In this document: positions 7,016 through 13,807 of the stretch, one piece after another
How the letters are laid out: each line of letters begins with the position of its first letter
Numbering within the stretch: the first letter of the stretch is position 1
IMG/VR virus record: IMGVR_UViG_2651869755_000010
Span: 1 to 15,076 of that record
Reading direction: 5' to 3' (one strand)
DNA length: 15,076 nucleotides
Origin: a virus
Taxonomy: Duplodnaviria > Heunggongvirae > Uroviricota > Caudoviricetes
Notes under the pieces: generated by a model
Database searches by the model: none
Seen by the model: the letters and a program-made list of their open reading frames with translations, nothing else
What the model was told of the DNA's origin: nothing
Program-made: the position numbers and the translations under genes

Positions 7016-9457
7016 TTAAAAATCAGCCTGACTCGGGATCAGTTTTTGCCAGATAGCTGAAACGTATTTTGCCTGGTAACGAGCGTCATCAAGTGCATTA
7101 TGGCGCTCACCTTCGAATGGAATAGCCGTTCTGGCATCGAAGTCTATGGCTTTCCCCAGCTCAACGATTGTGCGTACATCGCGATCGTTGTAGTAACGCC
7201 ACGGGCAGGTGATCCCCTGCCGTTCGTATGAACGGCGCAAAATCGTGTTGTCGAAGTTGGCTCCATTTCCCCAGACCTGAACAAAAAATTCACCGGAGTT
7301 TTCGTCGATAAATTCCCGCAATTGTAACAGTGCATCATCTAACGGGATTTCATCGGTCATAATGGCAGATTGCGCTTCGCGTGATTGCTTAAGCCACCAT
7401 TTAATGGTGTCCCGATCAATGACTCCGCCAGCAGTTTCCAGATCGATAGTCTTACTAAATTCCGGTCCCACATCTCCGGTTTGCGGATCGAAAAATATTG
7501 CACCTATTGAGATGATCGGGGCATCAGGATTTTTTCCCATGGTTTCAAGGTCGATCATTAGATGGTCACACGTCCTGCTGGTGGATGTGATTTCTTGATG
7601 ACCGTTCACCTTAATTGAGTGATCTGCCGTCTCGCCAGTTTCATTATCGCTATCGTGATGCTGATTGCCGCCAGTGTTCTCCTTGTGTGGATGTTCAGCG
7701 CCTTCCATTTTCTCCGGATCATTTTCCTGAACTTCAACCTGATTCTCTTCATCGAATGTTTCCTGGTATGTTGCGTCGCCCATCACCGCGCCACAATCAG
7801 GGCAGTTGCCGCCACCGCTCTGACCGCAGGCGGTGCTGACTTTTTCCGGTTCCTGTTGCGCTACTGGTTCGGATTGTTTCGTTTCTGGCTCGTTTTGTAA
7901 CGCATTTGGGCTGTTTTGTTCCGCTTTTTGGTCGTTCCGTTCCGATTCATGCTGGTTCTGGTTCACAGAATCGCGAGTCTGGATCCCCTTGACCCATTTC
8001 GGATCATTAGGGTCGCTAATCCCCTCAACAAATTCACCACGCGATACAGCAAGTAACTTATCGGCGTCAGGCTGGCTGATATTGGCTGCCTGCATAATTT
8101 TGTTTACTTCGTCAGCGGTGACTTTTACTTGGTTAGCGGAACTCACCTGCGACTGAGCATCCAGCGACTGCGCGTTCTGGCCATGTTCAGTTGTATCCGG
8201 TTCCATTGTTTCAGTTGTTGCCTGTTCACCTGCCATTGCGTCAGATGGTTGTGGTTTTTCTTCTTCTGTTTCACGCTCAGTAACCACCTCGCGGTTAATT
8301 TCTTCCAGGATATCTTTTTCCGGCGTATGCCGGGCAGCTGTGAGAGTTTCCTTGCTGGGGTTCTCGTGATCAGTTTCCGTCAAATAGGCGTTGATATACC
8401 CCTGAAGGCGTCCCGGGTAGTGATAAAATTCAGGGTGTGCGCTTCGGATAAGTGCAAAAATAGCGGCGCGGGAATAGTCCAGAATACCCGGGGTTGCACG
8501 AAGTGCTGCGGACCATTCTTTGAACGGACTTTCTTTGTTCAGGACTACTTCTTTTGCGCGACGATAAACGCTGCCCGGAATTTCATAAATATTAAAATCC
8601 ATCGGAAGTGTGGCTGCTGCAATCTCCACATCCAGTGTGTCGAGGGTGTGTACTAAATTCGGATTGCGATCGGTTTTGTTCCCACCGCCAGCATTAGCAC
8701 CGGAAGCCGTGCGGGTGATGCGTGAAACACGATTTCCTTTCATCCACTCTTTTGTCAGCAGACCCCGATCAGTGTAGTCAGCGTCCAGGTATGCTTCGAA
8801 AAAAGCAGTTATTAGTCCCAGGTCTGAATTACCAGGATTAGGGAAAACTTTGTCAGTGTCACGAACCAGTTTGTGGAGGTCGCGAATCTCCAGCGAGTCG
8901 AGCAGACTGGTTTTATGCGAAATAGCCAGGGCAGTAACAGCCGGTAGTTCTTCAGCCCGTGCAATGTGTAATGCCTGGAGTTCGTCGCGTGAAACGTGCG
9001 TTACTGGTTTTTCGCTGCCGTGTTGAGCAAGCCAACGAATGGGCAGTTCCTGACCGGAGACAGGCAGAAGCATGCTCTCCTCAATCTCAGTCATGTCTTC
9101 GCCGTTGATGTTGGTATTGTCAGTGCTGGCTGGTTTGTCCTGAACAGAGGGGGAAGGGCCGATAAATGTCATTGTGATGCCATCTTTCCCGCCTTTTTCA
9201 TAGCGGTTGCAGAATTCAGTATCAAACACGCCTTCTGGCGGAAGGTCGTCAACAACGGGCAAATTGACGCGGACGGGTTTTTTAAAGTCGTCTTCATCAT
9301 AATCGTTGTCATCCATTGCGGTAATGCAGCGGGAGATTGCAACAGATAATTTTTTTGCTGTAGTCCAGTAAAAACCACCTTTAATTCCCAGGCGTTTTCT
9401 TACTTTGTCATTTTTTGCTTCGCAATATAGTGCAAATTCTTCTTTATCAGTGCTCAT
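7016..9457 (-). CDS. Prophage exonuclease: long RecE/YdfE-like N-terminal region with acidic low-complexity centre and C-terminal DnaQ-like DEDDh 3'-5' exonuclease domain
   Basis: 813-aa ORF. The C-terminal 190 aa carry Exo I (MIDLETMG), Exo II (VWGNGANFD) and Exo III ([13 protein letters not shown]) motifs. The centre is Glu/Gln/Asp-rich and contains [13 protein letters not shown]. Position between xis and the dicB module matches ydfE (Qin) and recE (Rac). Confidence 0.8.
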   Translation of the reverse strand: MSTDKEEFALYCEAKNDKVRKRLGIKGGFYWTTAKKLSVAISRCITAMDDNDYDEDDFKKPVRVNLPVVDDLPPEGVFDTEFCNRYEKGGKDGITMTFIGPSPSVQDKPASTDNTNINGEDMTEIEESMLLPVSGQELPIRWLAQHGSEKPVTHVSRDELQALHIARAEELPAVTALAISHKTSLLDSLEIRDLHKLVRDTDKVFPNPGNSDLGLITAFFEAYLDADYTDRGLLTKEWMKGNRVSRITRTASGANAGGGNKTDRNPNLVHTLDTLDVEIAAATLPMDFNIYEIPGSVYRRAKEVVLNKESPFKEWSAALRATPGILDYSRAAIFALIRSAHPEFYHYPGRLQGYINAYLTETDHENPSKETLTAARHTPEKDILEEINREVVTERETEEEKPQPSDAMAGEQATTETMEPDTTEHGQNAQSLDAQSQVSSANQVKVTADEVNKIMQAANISQPDADKLLAVSRGEFVEGISDPNDPKWVKGIQTRDSVNQNQHESERNDQKAEQNSPNALQNEPETKQSEPVAQQEPEKVSTACGQSGGGNCPDCGAVMGDATYQETFDEENQVEVQENDPEKMEGAEHPHKENTGGNQHHDSDNETGETADHSIKVNGHQEITSTSRTCDHLMIDLETMGKNPDAPIISIGAIFFDPQTGDVGPEFSKTIDLETAGGVIDRDTIKWWLKQSREAQSAIMTDEIPLDDALLQLREFIDENSGEFFVQVWGNGANFDNTILRRSYERQGITCPWRYYNDRDVRTIVELGKAIDFDARTAIPFEGERHNALDDARYQAKYVSAIWQKLIPSQADF

Positions 9458-9550
9458 TATTGATAAACCTCATCACAGATTTAAGGGTGAACAAATCTCT
9501 GCCATTGCTGACATATAAGAATGAAACTGGATATTTATTACGGTGCTGTT

Positions 9551-9739
9551 TTAAAATCCTGCCGGGATTTCGTTATCCTGGTGAATAACTTTATCGACCG
9601 GATAACAGTTGCCTGGAATTTTCTGTTCGGTTGCTGCGGCCATACATTCCTGCATTGTTCTGTGAACACTGACTGCAATATCAACTGGCTCTCCGGAAAC
9701 AAGAAAAACCGTCAGAATAAGTGCAAATACTGGATTCAT
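9551..9739 (-). CDS. ydfD: YdfD-like small lysis protein of the dicB operon
   Basis: 62-aa product MNPVFALILTVFLVSGEPVDIAVSVHRTMQECMAAATEQKIPGNCYPVDKVIHQDNEIPAGF, with a hydrophobic N-terminus. Start is the internal ATG at 9739 with an AAGGA Shine-Dalgarno, overlapping the dicB stop (ATGA). Matches my recollection of K-12 YdfD in size and sequence. Confidence 0.65.
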   Translation of the reverse strand: MNPVFALILTVFLVSGEPVDIAVSVHRTMQECMAAATEQKIPGNCYPVDKVIHQDNEIPAGF

Positions 9740-9924
9740 TGTGCACATCCTTTTGGCATCAGACGTAAACGGGCCAGCATTGAAACAATGCATACTTTAT
9801 TTAATAACTCCCGTTCGTGTTTTCTTTTGTTAATGGCCTCTTCAGTGAATACAGGATTACTGATAGTGACACCAATTTCAAAACAACCTTCAGACGTATT
9901 AACGTTTGGTAATAACGTTTTCAT
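9736..9924 (-). CDS. dicB: DicB cell-division inhibitor (MinC-dependent FtsZ-ring inhibitor)
   Basis: 62-aa product MKTLLPNVNTSEGCFEIGVTISNPVFTEEAINKRKHERELLNKVCIVSMLARLRLMPKGCAQ, starting at the internal ATG 9924 with a GAGGA Shine-Dalgarno 8 nt upstream. Near-identical to my recollection of E. coli DicB, and directly downstream of DicF. Confidence 0.75.
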   Translation of the reverse strand: MKTLLPNVNTSEGCFEIGVTISNPVFTEEAINKRKHERELLNKVCIVSMLARLRLMPKGCAQ

Positions 9925-10093
9925 TATCGCGTCCTCAACAATGAATTTTGTGATGCAGTGCCTGGTGCCTCCAGGTGACGTTAACCAGTTAACAATTAAC
10001 GCCGGATACAGAGAATCCACCCATAACACTGTTTTTGGTTTTAACTGTTCCGCGTGCGCTTAGCCGCATTCACCGCATCACAAAATTCACTTT

Positions 10094-10151
10094 AAAAACG
10101 GCGGCAGAGCAGTCACGGAGTAAAACTGATACCGCCAAACGTCACCAGAAA
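10094..10151 (-). ncRNA. dicF: DicF small RNA (ftsZ-targeting Hfq-dependent sRNA) with U-tail
   Basis: Minus-strand sequence TTTCTGGTGACGTTTGGCGGTATCAGTTTTACTCCGTGACTGCTCTGCCGCCG followed by TTTTT matches the 53-nt DicF sequence as I recall it. Contains a GGCGG...CCGCC terminator-like stem and lies between ydfC and dicB as in Qin. Ends are approximate. Confidence 0.7.
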
Positions 10152-10491
10152 ATTGATAACAGAGGGCGTTGCAGCGGGGTTGTCACTTAAGCGTATGGTC
10201 AACCTGACAACCCGGTGTCCTCAACGGGGAAGGAATAACCCCGCCATACTTACCGCCGCGCCATTTCGCGGATTGCCACAACCGGAAGCGCACGGTCGAC
10301 GAAAATTTAACGACAGGCTATCTATGAACCAGCTACCTCGCCGTGCGCTTTCGCGTTATGGTCTGACCTTTCAGGGAAATATCCTTTCAGTAAACTGTCT
10401 GTGCCGGATGCTCACCCGTGTCCGGCGCACGCACTCCACCTCATCCGTGGAGAACTCCTTAATTACCAACCTTAGCTTCGTTGGTTAGCTA

Positions 10492-10710
10492 TTAACGCGG
10501 GTATGTAATCATTCTGGCAATGCTTAATGCCGCTGCTTTTTCCAGATTAGTGATATCCTGCTCCAGAGCGGACAGATTTTCAGCCTGCTTAGCCCTGGCT
10601 TCATTGGCCCATTTCAGATCCTGCGCTGCATTAATTTTCTGGTGCATCCACTCATAAAGTTCATCATCGGTATAGTCTGGCGCGATGATGACGGGTTCTC
10701 GTTTCTGCAT
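10492..10710 (-). CDS. ydfC: YdfC-like small protein of the dicB operon
   Basis: 72-aa ORF MQKREPVIIAPDYTDDELYEWMHQKINAAQDLKWANEARAKQAENLSALEQDITNLEKAAALSIARMITYPR, with an AAGGAG Shine-Dalgarno 6 nt upstream of ATG 10710. Size and position match ydfC upstream of DicF. Confidence 0.65.
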   Translation of the reverse strand: MQKREPVIIAPDYTDDELYEWMHQKINAAQDLKWANEARAKQAENLSALEQDITNLEKAAALSIARMITYPR

Positions 10711-10802
10711 GTCGGCTCCTTGTGGTTAGCGTTGCCTGCTTTTAACCACGTCAGGCGAGGTGGTATCCTCTGAGGGGTCTGTTACTCGAGAGGAAATTGG
10801 TT

Positions 10803-11003
10803 ATGAGTACAATCAAGTTTTCTTGCCCAGAATGTGGTGGCGAAGTCTTTGACACATCCTTTAAGTCGCAGGGCTCTGACAGTTTCGCGGGAGCCATCTG
10901 CAAAAATTGTGGTCACCTTGTAACTGAAGATGAGTCCTCGCAGTTCGATGACGAAATCGTTGACAATATCTTCGGTGCACTTACCAGAGACTTTCTGAAG
11001 TAA
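10803..11003 (+). CDS. Small zinc-ribbon protein (CPECGG...CKNCGH), hypothetical; oriented opposite to the surrounding early-left operon
   Basis: 66-aa ORF MSTIKFSCPECGGEVFDTSFKSQGSDSFAGAICKNCGHLVTEDESSQFDDEIVDNIFGALTRDFLK, with a GAGAGGA Shine-Dalgarno 8 nt upstream of ATG 10803. Two CxxC pairs are spaced as in a zinc ribbon. The overlapping minus-strand ORF 10782..11138 uses 6 rare Arg codons (AGA/AGG/CGA) out of 9 and looks like a shadow frame. Confidence 0.4.
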   Translation: MSTIKFSCPECGGEVFDTSFKSQGSDSFAGAICKNCGHLVTEDESSQFDDEIVDNIFGALTRDFLK

Positions 11004-11049
11004 AGGCGCATACCGCTTAGTTACCGCTCTGATAATTCTTACCTGTCCG

Positions 11050-11092
11050 GCAATGGCGCTGATGTCAATATAAAGCGCCATTGCTGCTTCTT
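11050..11092 (+). terminator. Candidate intrinsic terminator downstream of the zinc-ribbon ORF
   Basis: Perfect 11-bp inverted repeat GCAATGGCGCT / AGCGCCATTGC (11050-11060 and 11074-11084) with a 13-nt loop, followed by TGCTTCTTTG. The loop is larger than usual for a terminator. Confidence 0.3.
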
Positions 11093-11348
11093 TGCCGATC
11101 CCGGGATGCCTTCCATTCTGATGTTTGACTTCGCCCACTGAGAAATCCTCTGTTTCCCCTTAACGCCGGGGTAGCGGAACAAAAACCTGCTGCATAGTTA
11201 TTAAAGTTGAACCCTGCCGTCATGTTCTTACGCCTCGGGCTGGCTACTTAACCCCTGACCACTGCCTGGTAACTCGAAGTATTGCCCTGCATTCTGTAGG
11301 ATGGGGTGAGGGAATGAATGAAGTTTAGAAAAACGAACTTTTCAGGTC

Positions 11349-11370
11349 AATGTTTTTTTATCAAAACATT
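11349..11370. promoter_or_regulatory. Candidate left operator (oL-like) palindrome AATGTTTT-N6-AAAACATT downstream of cI, probable pL region
   Basis: Palindrome TGTTTT-tttatc-AAAACA at 11351-11368, extending to 11349-11370. It has the same 6-6-6 geometry as the palindrome overlapping the cI start at 12073-12090. Confidence 0.35.
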
Positions 11371-11434
11371 TTAAGCAGGCAGCTGTTAAGCCATCACCAC
11401 GATGGCATACAGTTAATCAAATAGATGAGGTTGG

Positions 11435-12073
11435 TTAAATATCTTGTTGAATTTTAAAGCATACGCCCAATATGCAAGATAGATCATCCAGCATAATTGA
11501 AGGGTAGCGAGGATTCGTGGGGACTAAAAGAATATCCGGCCCTTCTATCTCCAGTTTACGAATGACAGGTGTTGTGGTCCCTTTGGGTAAGGCAAGGACA
11601 ATATTTCCTGGTTGTACGGTTCGATCGGGATCAACAAAAACTGTTGAACCATTTGGGATGGAAACTCCCCCACCAGATGTTGACATACTGTCACTCTCTA
11701 GAACAACTGCAAAGGTATTGACCGGGATTTCTCCGACAAGCTGCACACAAGAGGTTATTGAGGAATTTTTCATATAATCACTCCAGCTTGCTGCCTGCTG
11801 AAGTGATAGTAGCGGAACCGTTTTTATCGGCGGTAAAGATAGATCAAGCGAATCACCTGTATTTAACTCTCCTCCATTAAGAAGCCAATTTTCGTTTACT
11901 TTCAATATTTTTGCCAGGGAACTTATGTAACGCGAGGACGGCGCTCCTCCACCGTTCATCCATTGACTTACGGAGCCTTTTGATGCGCCAGTGCCATTGA
12001 CAAGGTCTTTGCCTTTCAGGTTTAGCGCATGCATACGTTGGGTTATGCGTTCAGATATAGTTTGCTTGCTCAT
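11435..12073 (-). CDS. CI-type prophage repressor (N-terminal HTH, C-terminal S24 LexA-like autopeptidase domain)
   Basis: 212-aa ORF with an N-terminal HTH region (...GKDLVNGTGASKGSVSQWMNGG...) and a C-terminal S24-like domain (candidate Ser in VLESDSMSTSGG, Lys in VIRKLE). Divergent from a cro-like gene. No Shine-Dalgarno precedes the start codon, which lies inside the operator palindrome. Confidence 0.85.
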   Translation of the reverse strand: MSKQTISERITQRMHALNLKGKDLVNGTGASKGSVSQWMNGGGAPSSRYISSLAKILKVNENWLLNGGELNTGDSLDLSLPPIKTVPLLSLQQAASWSDYMKNSSITSCVQLVGEIPVNTFAVVLESDSMSTSGGGVSIPNGSTVFVDPDRTVQPGNIVLALPKGTTTPVIRKLEIEGPDILLVPTNPRYPSIMLDDLSCILGVCFKIQQDI

Positions 12074-12136
12074 GTTTTGATTTTAAAACACAGATGGTTT
12101 TGTTTCTTGACTTTCTTTGGTTTTGATTATTAAACT
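12073..12136. promoter_or_regulatory. Immunity-region operator/promoter segment (oR-like): palindrome TGTTTT-N6-AAAACA at 12073-12090, degenerate copy at 12119-12136, candidate pR -35 TTGACT at 12107-12112
   Basis: The 91-bp divergent cI/cro intergenic region holds TGTTTTgattttAAAACA, GGTTTTgattatTAAACT and a recurring GGTTTTG motif. TTGACT lies 17 bp upstream of TTAAAC, oriented toward cro. Confidence 0.4.
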
Positions 12137-12164
12137 TTTGACGTTCAGTTTTATGGAGCGACTC

Positions 12165-12407
12165 ATGAAAAAATCAGAAGTATTAGGCTATTTTGGCGGA
12201 GTTGTTAAAACAGCCGCAGCTCTAGGAACGTCAAAAACCACAGTCAGCATGTGGGGGGAAGAGGTTCCGTGGAAATGGGCGTTGCTAATTCAGGCAGTCA
12301 CTGCCGGGGCGCTCAAATATGAGTTACACATACCGACGGTTGTCATTCCCGGTTCTGATCATAATCCGCCTTCTAACCAAGGGGGGATTCATGAAAATCA
12401 AGCATGA
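12165..12407 (+). CDS. Cro-like / YdaS-family HTH regulator
   Basis: 80-aa ORF MKKSEVLGYFGGVVKTAAALGTSKTTVSMWGEEVPWKWALLIQAVTAGALKY..., with a GGAG Shine-Dalgarno upstream of ATG 12165. It is the first gene of the rightward operon, divergent from cI. The 3' end overlaps the next gene by 17 nt, so the true C-terminus is uncertain. Confidence 0.6.
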   Translation: MKKSEVLGYFGGVVKTAAALGTSKTTVSMWGEEVPWKWALLIQAVTAGALKYELHIPTVVIPGSDHNPPSNQGGIHENQA

Positions 12408-12816
12408 ACACATCCGCATGGCGATGAATGCCTGGGCGCATCCGGACGGCGAAAAAGTACCGGCTGCGAAAATTACCAAAGCGTATTTCGAGCTGGGAAT
12501 GACGTTCCCGGAACTGTACGACGACAGCCATCCGGAAGCCCTGGCCCGTAATACCCAGAAAATTTTCCGCTGGGTGGAGAAGGACACCCCTGATGCTGTT
12601 GAAAAAATTCAGGCTCTGTTACCGGCGATCGAAAAGGCGATGCCGCCTTTGCTGGTGGCCCGTATGCGCAGCCACAGTTCTGAATATTACCGTGAGATCG
12701 TCGAACGGAGGGATCGGCTGGTGAAGGATGTCGATGATTTTGTTGCGTCAGCGGTTGTTTTGTATGACCAGATGAATCGCGGCGGCCCGGCAGGGAATGC
12801 TGTGGTGATGCACTAA
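12391..12816 (+). CDS. YdaT-like protein (second gene of rightward early operon)
   Basis: 141-aa product MKIKHEHIRMAMNAWAHPDGEKVPAAKITKAYFELGMTFPELYDD..., starting at the internal ATG 12391 preceded by a GGGGGG Shine-Dalgarno. The N-terminus (MKIKHEH) matches my recollection of YdaT-family proteins that follow cro-like genes in Rac-like prophages. Confidence 0.6.
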   Translation: MKIKHEHIRMAMNAWAHPDGEKVPAAKITKAYFELGMTFPELYDDSHPEALARNTQKIFRWVEKDTPDAVEKIQALLPAIEKAMPPLLVARMRSHSSEYYREIVERRDRLVKDVDDFVASAVVLYDQMNRGGPAGNAVVMH

Positions 12817-12838
12817 AAGCACGGTGTTCGGGGGTTTT

Positions 12839-13801
12839 ATGAGCAGCAAGCTTCATGGTCTTGTCTGGGAAGGGTGCGCCTTCACCGGCATGATCTTATC
12901 CAGGGTGGCGGTTATGGCCCGTCTTGCAGACTACAGCAATGACGAGGGTGTGTCATGGCCTGCCATTGAAACTATCCGGCGTCAGATCGGTGCAAGAAGT
13001 GAATCCACAGTGAAATCGGCTATTGCAGAACTGGCGAAAGAGGGCTGGCTGACGAAGGAAGAGCGTAAGGTCGGTGGGCGTAATGTAAGCAATATCTATC
13101 GGCTTAATGTGGAAAAACTCGAAGCAGCTGCGGCGGCGGCGCGTGAGTCATATAAACCGAAAAGAAAAATTAGCCCGGCAAAAAATGACCCGTTAACAGT
13201 TGACCCGTCAAATATTGACCCCTCAACGGTTGACCCGTCAAATTTTGATGGATCAACTGTTGATAAAAAACTGCCGATTAGGGGGGCGATGATTGACCCC
13301 GATCCGTCAGTATTAAAACCTGATCCGTCAGATAAAAGATCTTCTTGTCCGGACGCTTCGCAACCGGACCCGCAGACGGCTGAACAGGATTTTTTAACCC
13401 GACACCCTGACGCGGTTGTGTTCAGTGCGAAAAAACGCCAGTGGGGAAGTCAGGAAGATTTGGTGTGCGCACAGTGGATCTGGGGACGAATCGTGAGTCT
13501 TTACGAGCAGGCGGCCAGCTATGATGGCGAGATCACTAGACCGAAAGAACCCAACTGGACAGCATGGGCCAATGACGTTCGCACAATGCGGATGCTGGAT
13601 GGCAGAACTCACAGACAAATTTGTGAAATGTTTGGGCGTCTCCAGCGGGATTCGTTCTGGGTAAAAAACATCATGAGTCCGGCAAAACTCCGGGAAAAAT
13701 GGGATGAACTGGTTATCCGCCTGGGGCGTTCGCCTGCGCAGCGTTGCGTGAATCACATTTCTGAACCGGACACTGAAATACCGCCGGGATTCAGGGGGTG
13801 A
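12839..13801 (+). CDS. Phage replication initiator (O-like, N-terminal winged-HTH) with internal iterons
   Basis: 320-aa product from ATG 12839 (track ORF begins at GTG 12824). The N-terminal wHTH-like region (...SWPAIETIRRQIGARSESTVKSAIAELAKEGWL...) is followed by a DP-rich linker encoded by 15-bp direct repeats. Sits directly upstream of a DnaC-like gene. Confidence 0.75.
   Translation: MSSKLHGLVWEGCAFTGMILSRVAVMARLADYSNDEGVSWPAIETIRRQIGARSESTVKSAIAELAKEGWLTKEERKVGGRNVSNIYRLNVEKLEAAAAAARESYKPKRKISPAKNDPLTVDPSNIDPSTVDPSNFDGSTVDKKLPIRGAMIDPDPSVLKPDPSDKRSSCPDASQPDPQTAEQDFLTRHPDAVVFSAKKRQWGSQEDLVCAQWIWGRIVSLYEQAASYDGEITRPKEPNWTAWANDVRTMRMLDGRTHRQICEMFGRLQRDSFWVKNIMSPAKLREKWDELVIRLGRSPAQRCVNHISEPDTEIPPGFRG
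13186..13260. repeat. Five tandem 15-bp iterons (TGACCCGTnAAnnnT) inside the replication initiator gene; probable phage replication origin
   Basis: TGACCCGTTAACAGT, TGACCCGTCAAATAT, TGACCCCTCAACGGT, TGACCCGTCAAATTT and TGATGGATCAACTGT are contiguous. More degenerate copies follow (TGATAAAAAACTGCC at 13261, GACCCCGATCCGTCAG near 13295, TGATCCGTCAG at 13321). Confidence 0.6.
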
Positions 13802-13807
13802 CGTGTC

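Noticed and set aside
7362-8656. Several plus-strand ORFs of 74-175 aa (7362..7598, 7615..7839, 7619..7900, 7833..8156, 8129..8656, 8996..9349)
   Set aside because: All lie antisense within the 813-aa exonuclease gene and encode Cys/Phe/Trp-rich low-complexity peptides typical of shadow frames.
9521-10063. 180-aa plus-strand ORF
   Set aside because: Antisense to the ydfD and dicB genes, which have strong starts and recognisable products.
10153-10488. 111-aa Arg-rich plus-strand ORF, considered as an N-like antiterminator
   Set aside because: It is on the wrong strand for the leftward early operon, has no Shine-Dalgarno or start context, and its 5' end overlaps the DicF sRNA locus on the opposite strand; more likely a chance frame in a GC-rich region.
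10782-11138. 118-aa minus-strand ORF (GTG start with GAGGA Shine-Dalgarno)
   Set aside because: Not rejected outright, but disfavoured: 6 of 9 Arg codons are rare, there is no recognisable motif, and it fully overlaps the better-supported zinc-ribbon ORF. Kept as an open question in the findings.
12473-12856. 127-aa minus-strand ORF
   Set aside because: Antisense to the ydaT-like gene; Pro/Ser/Arg-rich composition typical of a shadow frame.
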